Source: Takakia lepidozioides (Eukaryota; Plantae; Bryophyta). From it: a DNA stretch of 64,000 nucleotides. The notes beneath the pieces are model-generated. The model was not told the origin of the DNA, ran no database searches, and saw only the letters and a list, made by a program, of their open reading frames with translations. The DNA is taken from contig CM060731.1 of NCBI GenBank assembly GCA_030704615.1, forward strand, positions 75,764,001-75,828,000, read 5' to 3'. The position numbers and the translations under genes were made by a program. Of this stretch, positions 43,701-56,188 are shown piece after piece; positions within the stretch are counted from its first letter, which is position 1, and each line of letters begins with the position of its first letter.

Positions 43701-46700
43701 GAGAGAGAAAATGGATGATGAGGACTCTGAGGATGAGTCAGATGAAGAAGAAGAGCAAGAACTGAAAAGGAAGAGTAAGAGAAAGGAGAAGTTGAAGAGG
43801 GATAAATATGAGAAAAAATTAGAAGAAATCTTGAAGAAGTATGCCACAGAGGCTGCAACACATTGGAGGAAGGGTGTTTGGTGTGCAAAGTGCCAGAATG
43901 AAGGCCATACCACCATTGAATGCCACATGAAGGAGAAACATTGTACTATCTGTAAGATGGATAACCATTCTACTGAGAATTGTTACTACAACAGAAAGAC
44001 AGCTGCAAGAGAACCTAGGCAAGTAAGGGTGCATCAAGTGCAGCCCCAGCCAAGAAGAAACAGTGATCAGGACCACTATGGTAGGCCTGGTGGTTATAAC
44101 AATGGCATGGAAGGGAGAGGTAATTCAAGAGGGGATTACCAAGGAAATTCCAGAGGTAACTATCAGGGTAATCCAAGGGGGAATTACCAGCCAGGGAATC
44201 AGGATTACAGAAATAATCCTAGAGCAGACCAAGGGCGAGGACCCAATGGTGAAGAACTGTGTTACTATTGTAATCAGCCAGGACATCGCAAGGCAGCCTG
44301 TTCATTCTGGATTAGACACCAGAATGAGATGAGAGCTCATGTGAATGAGGGCCCAGTGGTGGCGGCTCACATGGTTAGGCCATGTGTTGTACCAGAAGTA
44401 AGTACAATGATAGTAACGAGAAGCAAAGCCAAACTAATACCTCCAGTAGTTGAGGAAGATGATGATAATGAAGATGACAGTGATGTGCCTGAAGATGATG
44501 AGGCTTGGAGAGATGAGAAGGAACTGCACAAGGAGGTGGTAGATTTCATAAGGGAAATGCAGAAGAGTACTGATATTCCTATGGCAGATTCCTCTGATTC
44601 TGAAAGAGAAGAGGAAGTGAGTGAGGATGAAGGGAAGAAAGAAGCTGCAGACATGTAGAGTAATGAAGGGACTTTGGCTGAAGTAACATGTCAGACCAAA
44701 GCATAGATTACTATTGGACAGCTATTGGCTGTGGCACCTTATTGTAGACACGGGCTGTATCAAGCAATCAATCGAATTGCCCATGTGACAGAAAACACAG
44801 ACCTGAACAGCAAGGTGACCAATTATAATGTGAAGCCGGAAGGGCGAGAAGCAGTCATGGACTTTGATGATTCTATGCCAGTAATCCAATTGAGAATTGG
44901 AAGCACAAAACTAACTGATGTACTGATAGATGGAGGCTCTGGAGTGAATATCATGACAGACCAATTAAGGCAGAAGTTTGGTCTAAGTAACATGAAACCA
45001 GCCCCATTTACAGTAACAATGGCAGATCAAAGAAATGTACAACCATTGGGATTGATAAGAGGAGTTAAGATACAGATACAAAAGATGATCTTTATGATCA
45101 CGGTAACTGTGTTGAAAATGGATGAAGTCATGGAGGCTTACTCCTTATTATTGGGACGTCCGTGGCTGAAACAGGCCAGGGTATTCCATGACTGGAATTC
45201 TCAGTTACTAACTGTGCATAATGGGATGCACAAGATACAAATTACCACTAAGAAATATAGTAGATTACCTGCTACGAGAAGACCTTGAGGGGTCAGGGAG
45301 TATGACTGGAGGGGAGGACTGGATGAGGAACAGGAAGCTACTCTGTTCGCTGCACACCCAGAGTGGGAGCAGGTTGCAGAGATGCAGCTGGAAGGCCTAA
45401 GTTGTTTAAAATGTATCTGTTGTGGTGTAGTGACAGCAATACCAATTGAAGAGGAAACCAGCAGTTACCCACCACATTTCTATGAAGAAAGAGAATGAGA
45501 AATGGAAATCCTAGAGGAACCAGCCACTGTGAGTTTACAGGATGAAGTGGTGACTGGTTGAACAATCACAGCTGTTGAGCAGGTGAGAGAAGTGAATGTG
45601 GGAACTGAAGAGGAACCGAGGATGGTGAAGGTAGGAGCTGATTTGGAGCCAGAATTCTTTGAGGAAGCTAAGAGTTTGTTCATCAAATACAGAGATGTAT
45701 TTGCTTGGAGCTACGAGGATCTAAAAGGGATACCACCTGAGATCTGTCAGCATAAGATTGAACTGGAACAAGGGTCAGTACCAATTAAACAGGCAAGGTA
45801 CAGAATGAATCCCAACTATGCACAAAAGGTTCGAGAAGAGATCAAGAAGTTGGCTGAGGCTAAGTTTATATACCTGATAGAGTATACAACTTGGTTGTCA
45901 CCCATTGTGATAGTTCCCAAGAAGAATGGTAAACTGAGAGTTTGTGTGAACTATAAGAAGTTGAATGCTTGCACGAAGAAAGATCATTTCCCTTTGCCAT
46001 TCACAGAAGTGGTATTGGACACTGTGGCAGGCCATGAGATGTACTCATTCATGGATGGCTTCAGTGGTTATAATCAAGTGCAAGTGGCAGAAGAAGATCA
46101 GGGAAAGACAGCTTTCATCACAGACTGGGGTGCTTATGCATACAAAGTCATGCTTTTTGGACTTTGTAATGCACCAGCAACCTTTCAGAGAGTGATAAGT
46201 GAATCTTTTCATGAGTATCTGGATGATTTCATGCAGGTGTTCTTTGGATGATTTCAGTGTGTACAGCTCTAAGAATGAGCACTTGCATAAATTGGAGTTA
46301 TGTTTGGCCAGATGCAGAATGAGAGGTCTGGGCCTAAATCCAGAGAAGTGTACTTTATGTGTGAACTCAGGGGTGCTTCTGGGACACATTGTGTGTGAGA
46401 GGGGACTTCTTGTGGATCCCAGGAAGACAGAGGCCATTAAAGCCTCACCACCACCAGTAAATGTTATGAATCTAAGGAGATTCCTTGGACAAACCAGTTA
46501 TTACAGAAGATTTGTCAAAAGGTATGCACAGATAGCAGCACCATTGAGCAAGCTTCTGAAGAAAGATGCAGTGTTTGCATGGACAGCTGAATGTCAACAG
46601 GCTTTTGAGGAACTTACATTGTCAGTAAAAACTACACCTGTGCTGATTAACCCTCACTGGCATGTAGTATTTCATGTTCACTGTGATGCCTCAGGAGAAG

Positions 46701-48373
46701 CGTTGGGAGCGGTGTTAGCCCAAAATGTTACAGGAAATATAGATTCACCTATGTACTATGTTAGCAGGTTGATGAACAGTGCTGAAAGGAACTATAGCAC
46801 AACTGAAAGAGAAGCATTGGCAATGATTTATGCAGTCAAAAAATTCAGGCATTACCTATTGGGAAGAAAGTTTATGTTTTATGTGGATCATCAGGCTCTG
46901 ATATATCTGGTGAACAAACCTTTAATAAGTGGAAGGATAGCGAGGTGGTTAATAATCTTGCATGAGTTTGAGTTCGAAGTTGTTTACAAGCCTGGCCGTT
47001 TGCATCTTGTGGCAGATCACTTGTCACGACTAACAACAGGAGGGGCCGCCACAGGAGTAGACGATCAATTACCTGATGCGAGTTTATTTGTAATGGAGGT
47101 GCAAGGAAGTGCAGATGAATGGTTAGATTGGCAGTGGCCAATCAGATACTACCTTACTCATGGTCAGTGCCCACCTAGTTATGGTAAGGAGCAGAGGAAG
47201 AGAATCGCTATCAAGGCTTTACCTTATACTATGGTAGGAGGCAGAATGTATAAGCTAGGACCTGATGGAGTACTTAAACGATGCTTGTACCACCATGAAG
47301 TAAATAAAGTTTTGGAGGAAGTTCATAAAGGAGTGCCTGGAGGACATTTTGGAGAAGAAACTACCAGTAGGAAGATACTACTTGCAGGTTACTGGTGGCC
47401 TACTTTGTTCAAGGATGTACACAAGTATTGTCAGAGTTGTGATGAATGTCAGAGGCTAGGACCTTTGCAGAGATCTGGAAAAATGGCTTTGCATCCTACG
47501 ATGCCTACTGAACCATTTCAAAAATGGGGACTAGACTTTGTTGGACCAATTAACCCACCAGCCAAGAATACACAGAACAAGTACATAATTACAGCCACTG
47601 ATTATACTACGAAGTGGGTGGAAGCTAAAGCTTTGAGGGACAACACAACCAAGTCTACAGCAAGGTTCCTGTATGAGAACATACTTACACGATTTGGCTG
47701 TCCCTTGGAATTTATCAGTGATCAGGGAAGTCACTTCATTAATGAGACCATTGATCTATTGACTAAAGAGTTCATGATTGTGCATAGGAAGAGTACAACG
47801 TATTACCCACAGGGTAATGGTCAGGCAGATGCTACCAACAAAATACTATGTACTATCTTGACTAAGATAGTCAATGCAAACAGAATGGGCTGCTGACAGC
47901 TTTGTGGTCATACAAGACTTCATATAAAGTCACCACTAAGTATACACCATTCCAATTAGTGTATGGTATGGAAGCTTTACTTCCAGTGGAATTCTTGTTA
48001 CCTACTATGAGAATGGAATGGGGAAAGAGAATGGAATTGGAAGATTCAATTAAGGTCAAGAAACATGAATTATACCATGTGGAAGAAGTACGTGCTGATG
48101 CAGCTGATAACATGACCAGAATTCAGATGAAGAGGAAGGAACAGTTTGATGAAGACAAGTTAAAAACTTTTAAGACGAGAGATTTGGTTCTCTGGTTGCA
48201 GAAGAAGGGGAAGATTAAAGCTTCTAAGCTTAAATCACCATGGAATGGACCTTATGTCATACAGAAGATGTATGATAACAACACCGCCATGTTACAAACC
48301 ATTAACAAAGAGATGTTGGGAAGAGTCAATGTCAATAAGTTGAAGGGGTACAGTGGTATCCATGACAAACCAT
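40795..48373 (+). mobile_element. Second Ty3/gypsy element (non-chromovirus, Athila/Tat-like) inserted in the integrase C-terminus of the DNMT element; 5' LTR ~40795-41741, no 3' LTR
   Basis: TG start exactly where the WKDHVRNCAPCH frame ends. PBS tggcgaccatactgggga (41744-41761). Gag with CAKCQNEGHTTIEC, CTICKMDNHSTENC and CYYCNQPGHRKAAC. Protease LIDGGSGVN. RT FMDGFSGYNQ/LDDF. RNase H CDAS, YSTTERE. Integrase GHFG, WGLDF, SDQG, GNGQ. Confidence 0.92.
41744..41761 (+). promoter_or_regulatory. Primer-binding site of the second gypsy element (tRNA-Arg-type, inferred)
   Basis: TGGCGACCATACTGGGGA resembles the TGGCGACxxxGCTGGGGA tRNA-Arg PBS of Ogre/Tat elements. Confidence 0.6.
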
Positions 48374-48950
48374 TGTAACACGATTTGCATGTTGAAACGC
48401 ATAAGCAATCACGGGCTGCGCCAGTGATACCAATGGAGTATGGAGCACTTGTCGCTAGGCCGAGCGTATATGACCAGGGCGGGCAGTACAAGCGCGACAC
48501 AGCCTATCACAGCCTATCACAGCCCATCACATCGTCACACAGCCTATCACAACCCATCACGGCGTCACACAGCCTATCACAGCCCATCACGGCGTGACAC
48601 AGCCTATCACAGCCCATCACAGCGTGACACAGCCTATCACAGCCCATCACAGCGTGACACAGCCTATCACAACCTACCACAACGTGTCACAGCCTATCAC
48701 AGCTTACCACAGTATGACACAGCCTGTCACAACTCAACACAGCTTACTGGGATTACACAATCCATAGGATCAGTGACAGGTGGACGTGGGTTAACATCCG
48801 GAGAGTGGCCGGCGGAAAAGTGGACGGAGGCACGTTTAGAAATGGACACGTGGACGTCAGGGCGAGACACACAGCCGGACATGAAGTGCAAGAACGGGTG
48901 TCATCAAGAAAGAAGACAAAATTGACCGTCAAAGTACCTACCTGGTACAG
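48374..48950 (+). mobile_element. Truncated LTR of a third, related gypsy family, with an ACAGCC-core tandem repeat
   Basis: TGTAAC start immediately after the integrase with no PPT. Repeats at 48495-48745. Unique sequence differs from the LTR at 40795. Confidence 0.6.
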
Positions 48951-49598
48951 CAACTAATTGTGGGCCCATTAATGCATTCAGTACCAGGGTAACGGAATCA
49001 TTTTCGAGTTCAGAAAAGGGAATTAAATTACGAAACCAATCACAGAGCCAACAGCAAAATCATCAAGCAGTTCATTCCTTCATAAAAACCTCCATATCAT
49101 TGTGCAGTGCCTTGGGGAGTGTTTAAAGCTACACTTCTTATGAAAGGACCATAGCAAGAAAATGAGTGGAAGAAGGTCTAATGAATTAGGATGTTCCAAG
49201 ATAAAATGATAGATTTTGAAAATTTCTCACATATCTCATAAACTAATTTTTAGGGCTACATTGTGGTTTCCACGTATAACGGTGACCTTCCTACTGGACA
49301 ATAAAATCCCTATGTGAATTGAAGTTTTCCACCACTCCATTTGATTCCATATAGTCCACAACCTTACTTTGGACATCATACATACTTTTACGTTTGGACT
49401 TCATTCAATGCTCAAATCTCCATGGATTCCAAAAAAAAAACCACCGTTGTTTTCAGCACAGAATAAGGATCAATGATCATGTCTAAACTGTCAAAATGCA
49501 CTTATATCCCACATCCATGTCAGTCCTTCTATGTGGCACTGCATTCGCAGAGAGCTTGGGATGTCCATTTTGGGTGGACCGTAGCATGCTTTGACCTG

Positions 49599-49801
49599 GG
49601 AGGTGTAGTGCCAGAGGGATCCTCGGATTTGAGGGTCAAGACTGCCACAGCGGCACCATGGCAAGCTGCAGTTGCCAGGTTATGGAGCTACTAGTTAGGC
49701 CAGCCATTGAGTTCGCCATGGTGACGCCTGGAGTTGTCATGTTAGACAACCAGGATGGCATTTTTTGTTTGAGTGGACAAAAAAAAAAAAAAAAAAAAAA
49801 A
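49599..49801 (+). mobile_element. Second, diverged fragment of the DNMT-gypsy family (Gag-protease linker) followed by a poly(A) run
   Basis: Colinear with 36481-36661 (gagggatcctc.gatttgagggtcaagactgccaca...ttagacaaccaggatggcatttt...ttgagtggac). A-run at 49779-49801. Confidence 0.9.
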
Positions 49802-50611
49802 GAAAAAAAGTGGCATGGACGAATTTTGGCCCGTCAGCATTGCACAAAACGAGCTGCGCTTCTTGAGTTGACTAGGTACAAAGCACTAAACCGGCTGCAG
49901 TCCTGATTTAGGGTGAGGCTGCATGCGGCGGCCCACCCTATCTCACTTCATTTTTAGGTTGTGCGGGTGGCGCCGTGGCAGCCCATGGGACGTGACCCCC
50001 CAAAAACAGAATATTCTGCCGGAAAATCCTCCCTGAGCCCCACATGAAGTCCGGTTGTTGGTCCCAAAACAATATTGCACTTAGGGCCAAAAAGTTTCCT
50101 AAGAATTTACTATTTTTCTCATTGTGGAGCATTGGCATGACACCCACACATCTACCGTCCGGTTTTTTCAAAAAGTTAGGAAATATTGCACCTCGTTTGG
50201 AGGCTCATATCACCATTCAATTTTTCACCTTTTGTACCCCCACATACACCCATACAAAGCAGCCCATAGAAAAAAACCCTCATATGGCCCTAAAACTTGC
50301 AAGGACATAGTCATGGTACCAGTGCATTGGAATTTGTAGGTCTCGAAGCAATGAAAATTACAAAAAGCCAGCATTTATTTTGGTCAAACCTTTTTTTGGT
50401 AGGAGTATTGTGTGGAAGCTCAAATTCAAGGTCCAAAGGCATTATAATATTTCTATTTCTATGGCGGAATCATGCCAAATTTGGAGGGGTTATACATAAC
50501 CAAGCTAGGTACATTGAATGTTGTATGGTTGAAACCTATGGATGAAAGGCATTTTAGTCTTACGGGGCACCAAAAATAGTCAAAATGTTGAAAACGGGCT
50601 TGGGAGGTTAA

Positions 50612-51051
50612 CCCCTAAACGCCAGCCGGCCCAAAATTGGTCGTTTTTTTTACACAAATAGTTCTGCCAGGAGCAGATTTTGACCTTTTTTTGTTTTTTT
50701 TTGCTGTGTGCACTGCGTGTCTGCATCAGGATGGTCCATGCGAGACTGATTGCCTAAAACGTGCTGGATGGCCACCACGTTTTCGGGTTCAGCAGGCCGA
50801 GTTTTTTTCCATCCCGACATGCAAAATCCCATTTTGGTGTTTTTGTTTTTGCACAAATTTCCAAAAATGGACCCACTCTCGCGAAGGTGGGGTTTTGGCA
50901 CTAGTTGTCTGATTGGCTCCAAAATTGGGCAGGGCCTGCCAGGGGTAGGTGGCTTCATATTGTCCGGTCATTTTTTCAAAATTTACGTTGGTTTTTCTGG
51001 CCGGGCCCGCTTTTTGGTAAGAAGTCAACCAAGGCTGCCGGCATTTAGGGG
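50612..51051. mobile_element. piggyBac-like MITE (TTAA TSD, CCCC...GGGG TIRs)
   Basis: ttaa|cccctaaacgccagccggcc ... aggctgccggcatttagggg|ttaa. Confidence 0.75.
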
Positions 51052-51248
51052 TTAAGAGTTAAATATTAAATATTAAATATTATTAATTATTACACTAGCT
51101 CCGGCTGACGTCACATATATATATACATACATATATGTATATGTATATATATATGCCACACCAGGGTATATATATATCAGTATACCCTGATATACCCGCC
51201 GGACATATCATGTAACCAAATAATATACCCGCCCAACAGTGGTTTTAC

Positions 51249-51327
51249 TATGGTTGTGGGGCCAAACAACTCTCTTAGTATTTGATCTTGTTGTCCAAAG
51301 AAGGTGGGCGTTATTTGTAAGGTACAA
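51249..51327 (-). mobile_element. 5' remnant of the Dualen-like LINE split by the TIR block
   Basis: Minus frame TLQITPTFFGQQDQILRELFGPTTI joins in frame to VYSPTPSP at 30111. Confidence 0.6.
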
Positions 51328-51330
51328 AGC

Positions 51331-52012
51331 ACCAACAAGCTAAGTGGGTTGGGGAGTACGTTGCTTCCCTTCGGTGATAACTACAAGTCGTCAATTTTTT
51401 AGGTAAATTTCTTTGTAAATTTCCTACGGTATCAATTATTGGTAGGAAATTCTGGAAAACACTCGGCTCGCATGTAACTCGATACCCATTCTCCTCGTTC
51501 GTTGTCCCTTATAACCAACATCCCGGAAATAATTTGAGTTCAACCAGCCAGTGGCCTCTCATTCCGAGCACCAACATGCTAAGTGGGTTGGGGAGTCGGT
51601 TGCTTCCCTTCAGTGGTAACTACAAGCTGTCAAATTTTTAGGTGAATTTCTTTGTAAATTTCCTAAGATATCAATTATCGGTAGGAAATTCCGAGAAATG
51701 CTCGGCTAGCATGTAACTGGCTGCCCATTCTCCTTGTTCGTTGCCCCTTACCAACGACCCGGAAATGATTTGAGTTCAACCAGCTAGTGGCCCCTCATTC
51801 CGCCCTCATTCCGAGCACCAACAGGCTGGCCCCTCATTCCGAGCACTAACAGGCTAAGTGGGTTGTGGAGTCTGTTGCTTCCCTTCAGTGGTAAACTACA
51901 AGCCGTCAATTTCATAGGTAAATTTCCTAAGGTATGAATTATCGGTAGGGAATTCCGGAAAACCACTTGGCTAGCATGTAACTGGCGTTCTCCTCGTTCG
52001 TTGACCCTTACC
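51331..52012 (+). repeat. ~240-bp tandem repeat, about 3 units
   Basis: Units begin caaca.gctaagtgggttg.ggagtc at ~51333, ~51572 and ~51847. Confidence 0.92.
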
Positions 52013-53300
52013 AAGTCCACTCACTCCTTTCCCGGAACATTTTTCCTTGCTTCAAGGTTACCGGGCCCTCGCCTTTTTGAACTATATATATACATGATAG
52101 ATTATAAATAATTAAATTTATTAAAACAATAAGCAATGAAGAAGAGATGGATGGAAAGTGAACAAGGAAGAGGAAGGCTGTAAATTTAAAAACTAATGAA
52201 GGAGGAGGCAGTACGCTTGGGTGGGGTAATAAGCAGTATTGGGCGAATCTACCCCTTTTTGGCCCTGTCCCTTCAGGCCCAGACTTTGCATCGTGTTGAA
52301 GTCAATGGAGAAAATATGGTCAACGGACCTTACACCGTGTCAAGGAATATGACGGGTCTAGAAAAAGCTCTCACGAATAAACCACGTGGTAGATTGTCAA
52401 AATTGTTGCTTCAATGGACAGAGCCTCTCGCGGTTTGCGGCTTGTTTCATGTGCGCCGGTTCCGGATATTAAAAACTTTTGGTTTTAGATATAGGCCGGT
52501 TCCGGGTATTAGCCGTGAGGACTGAGCAAGGAGCTGATTCCAACACTTTCGGTATATCTTTCAGTCACCTTTACGTTCTTCAGGTCGTGGTCGTTGAAGA
52601 TGGGTAATTTTCGTCTGCATGTGTTGATCTAGTCAACTCCGAGTGAAGGTACGTAACAGCCGTGCTTGCTGTATAATAAAAAGTATAGACGTCAGAATTT
52701 GGTGCAGCTAGGAGTCGCGAGTCTTTGGTGGTGAAGCCCTTTGTCTACTTACTTCATTTCACATCCTCCTTGCAGGATGTGTCATCTGAGAGTCTCACAG
52801 TCTTACTCCTCCTGACAACCGTCAGGCATCATTTGGACTCCAAACCTCTATAGCTCACTCAACGCAATTTCTATTTGTTCTTATTTTATGCTAACTGTTA
52901 CATTAATCATTAAGACCTTCACCAGTTGTTTGCGGACAATGTTCGTGTACGTTATGAAGTTTGTGATGGTGTCCCAGCTGTGAAAGCATTTTGAACGAAA
53001 CTATTCATCGAAGAAGTAAAGATGGTTTGTCTGCAAAATTTGTTTCAAACTGGTTCCTTAGCCCTAGTGTAAGTCTTTGCCCGCGGAGGTGGTTCGGATG
53101 CAACAAGAAGAAGGGGCGCGGCCTTACTCATGCAGAGATGCAGAAGTTGAGCTGACTGTTTCTCATGACTGCTACATGAGCTACTTTCCGTTTGGTTGAA
53201 TTTTCGGAGCAGACAGCATGTACTGTCCGCTCAACTTTGACCAGCTTCCCCTTGAAACATTCTCTGATCTGGCGCCTTCCGAAAGCTGTCTGATGCTGGT

Positions 53301-56188
53301 ATGAATGCCCAGATTTGTCGTCCAGGTGCCAGCTTTGAAGCCTCGTCCACCAAAATGCCGCCCCTTGAGTCCCACAAATCTGTTGCGCCCCCATTCCTGG
53401 GCGATGGCCAGCGGAGAGTGCATGTCTTGCTACTTCCGTATCCTGCTAGAGGGCATAGCATTCCACTGGTGCATTTTGCTATGAAGTTGAACAGCTTTGG
53501 AGTCACCGTTACCTTTGTAGATCTGTACCAACATTTGTCCGTGGATCGTGTCTTCGAAAGCCTCCATGCTTTGGACAGCATGCGTGTGGTAACTTTAGGA
53601 GTGCCCTCGGCAAAGGGCGCAGCTATGGAGCCACTGCCGTATGTGGACGAGATTGACAATTTGGTTGGGGATACGGAAAAGCTGGTGGAGAATCTCACAC
53701 ATGAAAATCCAGAATCTCCCCCGGACTGCATTGTCAGTGATATGTTCCTGGGATGGACACAGGCAAGTCGTTTCAACTAGTCGTTTTGTTTTATCATACT
53801 ATTTTAAGGTGTTCACATCATGTATCTAATGAATTATGTTCTAGCACAGTTCTGGATCCCTCACAATCTCACTGAACCAGGGGCTGTTACTCCACTTAGT
53901 TTAATTTGTCAGGTTAGGAACTACGCAAGCTGGAACTTAGATTAGTTTGTCTGGTATATAGCATTGGCTTTCAAAATCAAGAATGCTATTCAGGATTTCT
54001 GAGTTCCAGTGTTCACTGTAGCCTCTTCTAGCTTCAAAAGATTTGAGCCGTCACAGCTTTCTTGCATTTCCCTTGTTTGGGTTTGTAAGCATAAACATGA
54101 CAGTGTGTGTACCGTATCATGACCCATTTAATCTGGCTGGCCACCACAGGCTGTGGCGAACAAGTTCAAGATACCGAGGTATGTCCTGTTTGCATCTCCG
54201 GCAAATGGATTGGCAACCCACCTACATTGTCCTGCACTTCTTGCGCAAGGGGTGTTGCCAACAGACCCTTCAAGAGCTGAAGAACTTGTCTATGATATTC
54301 CTGGCGTTCCACCCACAAAGTTGGAGGATCTGCCTTCACCTGTCCAAGCCCACACTTCATTTATGTTATGGTATATAATGAATGGCGAACAGATGATGCA
54401 AGCTGCTGGGATGCTCATCAACACCTACTATGAGTTGGAACCTGTCTGCATTGATGCTCTACGGACTCACAGATTTGGCACTGGAAAGACACAGGTCAAC
54501 ACTCTCCTTTGTTCCTGTTCAAGTGTAACTCTGTGAAGCTCTTTCTGTACTGGCTGGCTAGTAGAATGGGTGCTCCCGTGATCTCTAGCTTGCACTCAAA
54601 TCCTTTGGGAAAAATTGCCCAGATTATTCTTGGCCAGTGGCCAGTGTCATCTGGTCTTCTGTTTCTGGGTTCTCATTCTCTCATAAAGGGTCTGGGCTGC
54701 ATTAAGTGGTGGTGCACAACTGAATACTTGATAAAGGTGCAAATAAAGGGACAAAAAATCTATATATTCAAGCTTTCAATTGTCTCTTATGTCTTGTCGC
54801 CAGTGACTCAATGAAGGTGCAGGTTGGTCGTCTTTTGAGCATGCTGCCAGTCGGTCCAATGCTCCCTGCTACCTACTTCAGCAAATCTACTCCGGACAAT
54901 GTACAGAACCCCTCGAAAGCAAGACATCCATGTCTGAACTGGCTAGATGCACAGCCTGAATCTTCCGTTATCTTTATCTCCTTTGGAAGTGTTGCTGTCC
55001 TCCCTATCCATCAAATCCATGAGCTGGCTCTGGGTTTGGAGGCAAGCCAGCAGCGTTTCCTTTTGGTAGTCAAAACCCGAAGTGACAAGACAGACTTTAC
55101 GGAGGTCTGGCTCCCACGAGGGTTTGTAACATGCACAGAGGAGCGTGGATTAGTGGTAAATGGGTGGGTCCCGCAGCTGGAGATCCTCTCAAGTCCAGCT
55201 GTTGGTGGCTTCCTAACACACTGTGGCTGGAACTCGTCGCTGGAGAGTATATGCAGAGGTGTACCAATGCTTGCATGGCCCATTCAAGCTGAGCAGTTTA
55301 TGAATCGCAGGTACGTTGTTGCACCCTACTTACATTTCGTTGTAGGCCCTGTTGCAAGTCCAGCACTCACCCCAGACGTAGACACTATCTACAGATCTTC
55401 TTGTTTCTGTCTTGTCAACCTTCTTCTCTCGGATCTGGAACCAGGGTGGAGAGAACAGCTTGATTCTAAAATGTTGTGTTTACAAGGATGTTCAGATTTT
55501 CATCTTGCTTCAGACAGAGAGGGATGCAGAACTCTACGGATACATGCATTTGAAAAGGGTCTCTCTTCTACATTTTCTTGTAACACAAGGATACAAAGAA
55601 CTTGACAAGCTTTGGATGTAGTACATTATACTAAGGAAGGAACCAATTCTACATTCCTAATGGTCCTATGATCGTCATTATGTTCGATCTTGTATTAGAC
55701 CTACTGGTTGCTTGAAATGCCACATTATATGGGGGGGGCCTGAATCTGTCCAATAGGCTGACAAATCGAGCACCCAGGTATAGCATGCTACAGCTCAATG
55801 CAAACCTTCTAGAAATACGCAGACCTGGGGCTTGATATTCCTATTTATGTCTATTGTGTTTGTGTCAAAAGTACAAAAGTGGGCAAATGCCAACATCTGC
55901 AGGATGCTTGTGGATGACCTGAAGGTTGCCGTTGAGGTGTTCAAGAGGCCAAATAAGTCTGTTGGAAAGGAGGAGGTTGAGAGGGCTGTGAGGTGTCTGA
56001 TGGAGGGTCCTGAGGGGAAGAATGCTAAAATCCATGTTGAGAGGCTGAAGGGATTGGCCACAGCAGCAGTGGAAGAGGGAGGGTCAGTGCCGAGGAACCT
56101 GAAGAAATTTATTGACGAGATCAAGGCTTGGAACTACGATTCCTACGTCTTGACCCTCGACAAACCAGCCACTAATGGTGTCTCATGA
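53301..56188 (+). CDS. Family-1 UDP-glycosyltransferase, 4 exons (53301 or 53355-53762, 54150-54493, 54823-55310, 55903-56188)
   Basis: HVLLLPYPARGHSIP, DCIVSDMFLGW, LINTYYELE, VGP, CLNWLDAQPESSVIFISFGS, and the PSPG box WVPQLEILSSPAVGGFLTHCGWNSSLESICRGVPMLAWPIQAEQ. C-terminal GGSVPRNLKKFI. Confidence 0.95.

Larger units (their letters stand above)
30112..51241. mobile_element. TIR-bounded block (hAT-like ends, no transposase seen) inflated to ~21 kb by cargo and nested insertions
   Basis: accattgttgggcgggtatat (30110-30130) is the reverse complement of atatacccgcccaacagtggt (51223-51243) with 1 mismatch. GGGTAT/ATACCC subterminal repeats occur at both ends. TSD is degenerate (gaatatac vs gttttac). 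Confidence 0.7.

Noticed and set aside
43389-43928. 179-aa antisense ORF (and many similar short ORFs in the track)
   Set aside because: Shadow of purine-rich gag coding sequence; no recognisable motifs.
48495-48745. CRISPR-like array (also 40918-41100 and 51331-52012)
   Set aside because: Contiguous tandem repeats without unique spacers, eukaryotic context and no cas genes.
48440-48925. Repetitive protein ORF (TAYHSPS repeats)
   Set aside because: Translation of the LTR minisatellite, not a gene.
40795-48950. LTRs at 40795 and 48374 as a 5'/3' pair
   Set aside because: Unique sequences differ (TGTTAG vs TGTAAC starts) and no polypurine tract precedes 48374.
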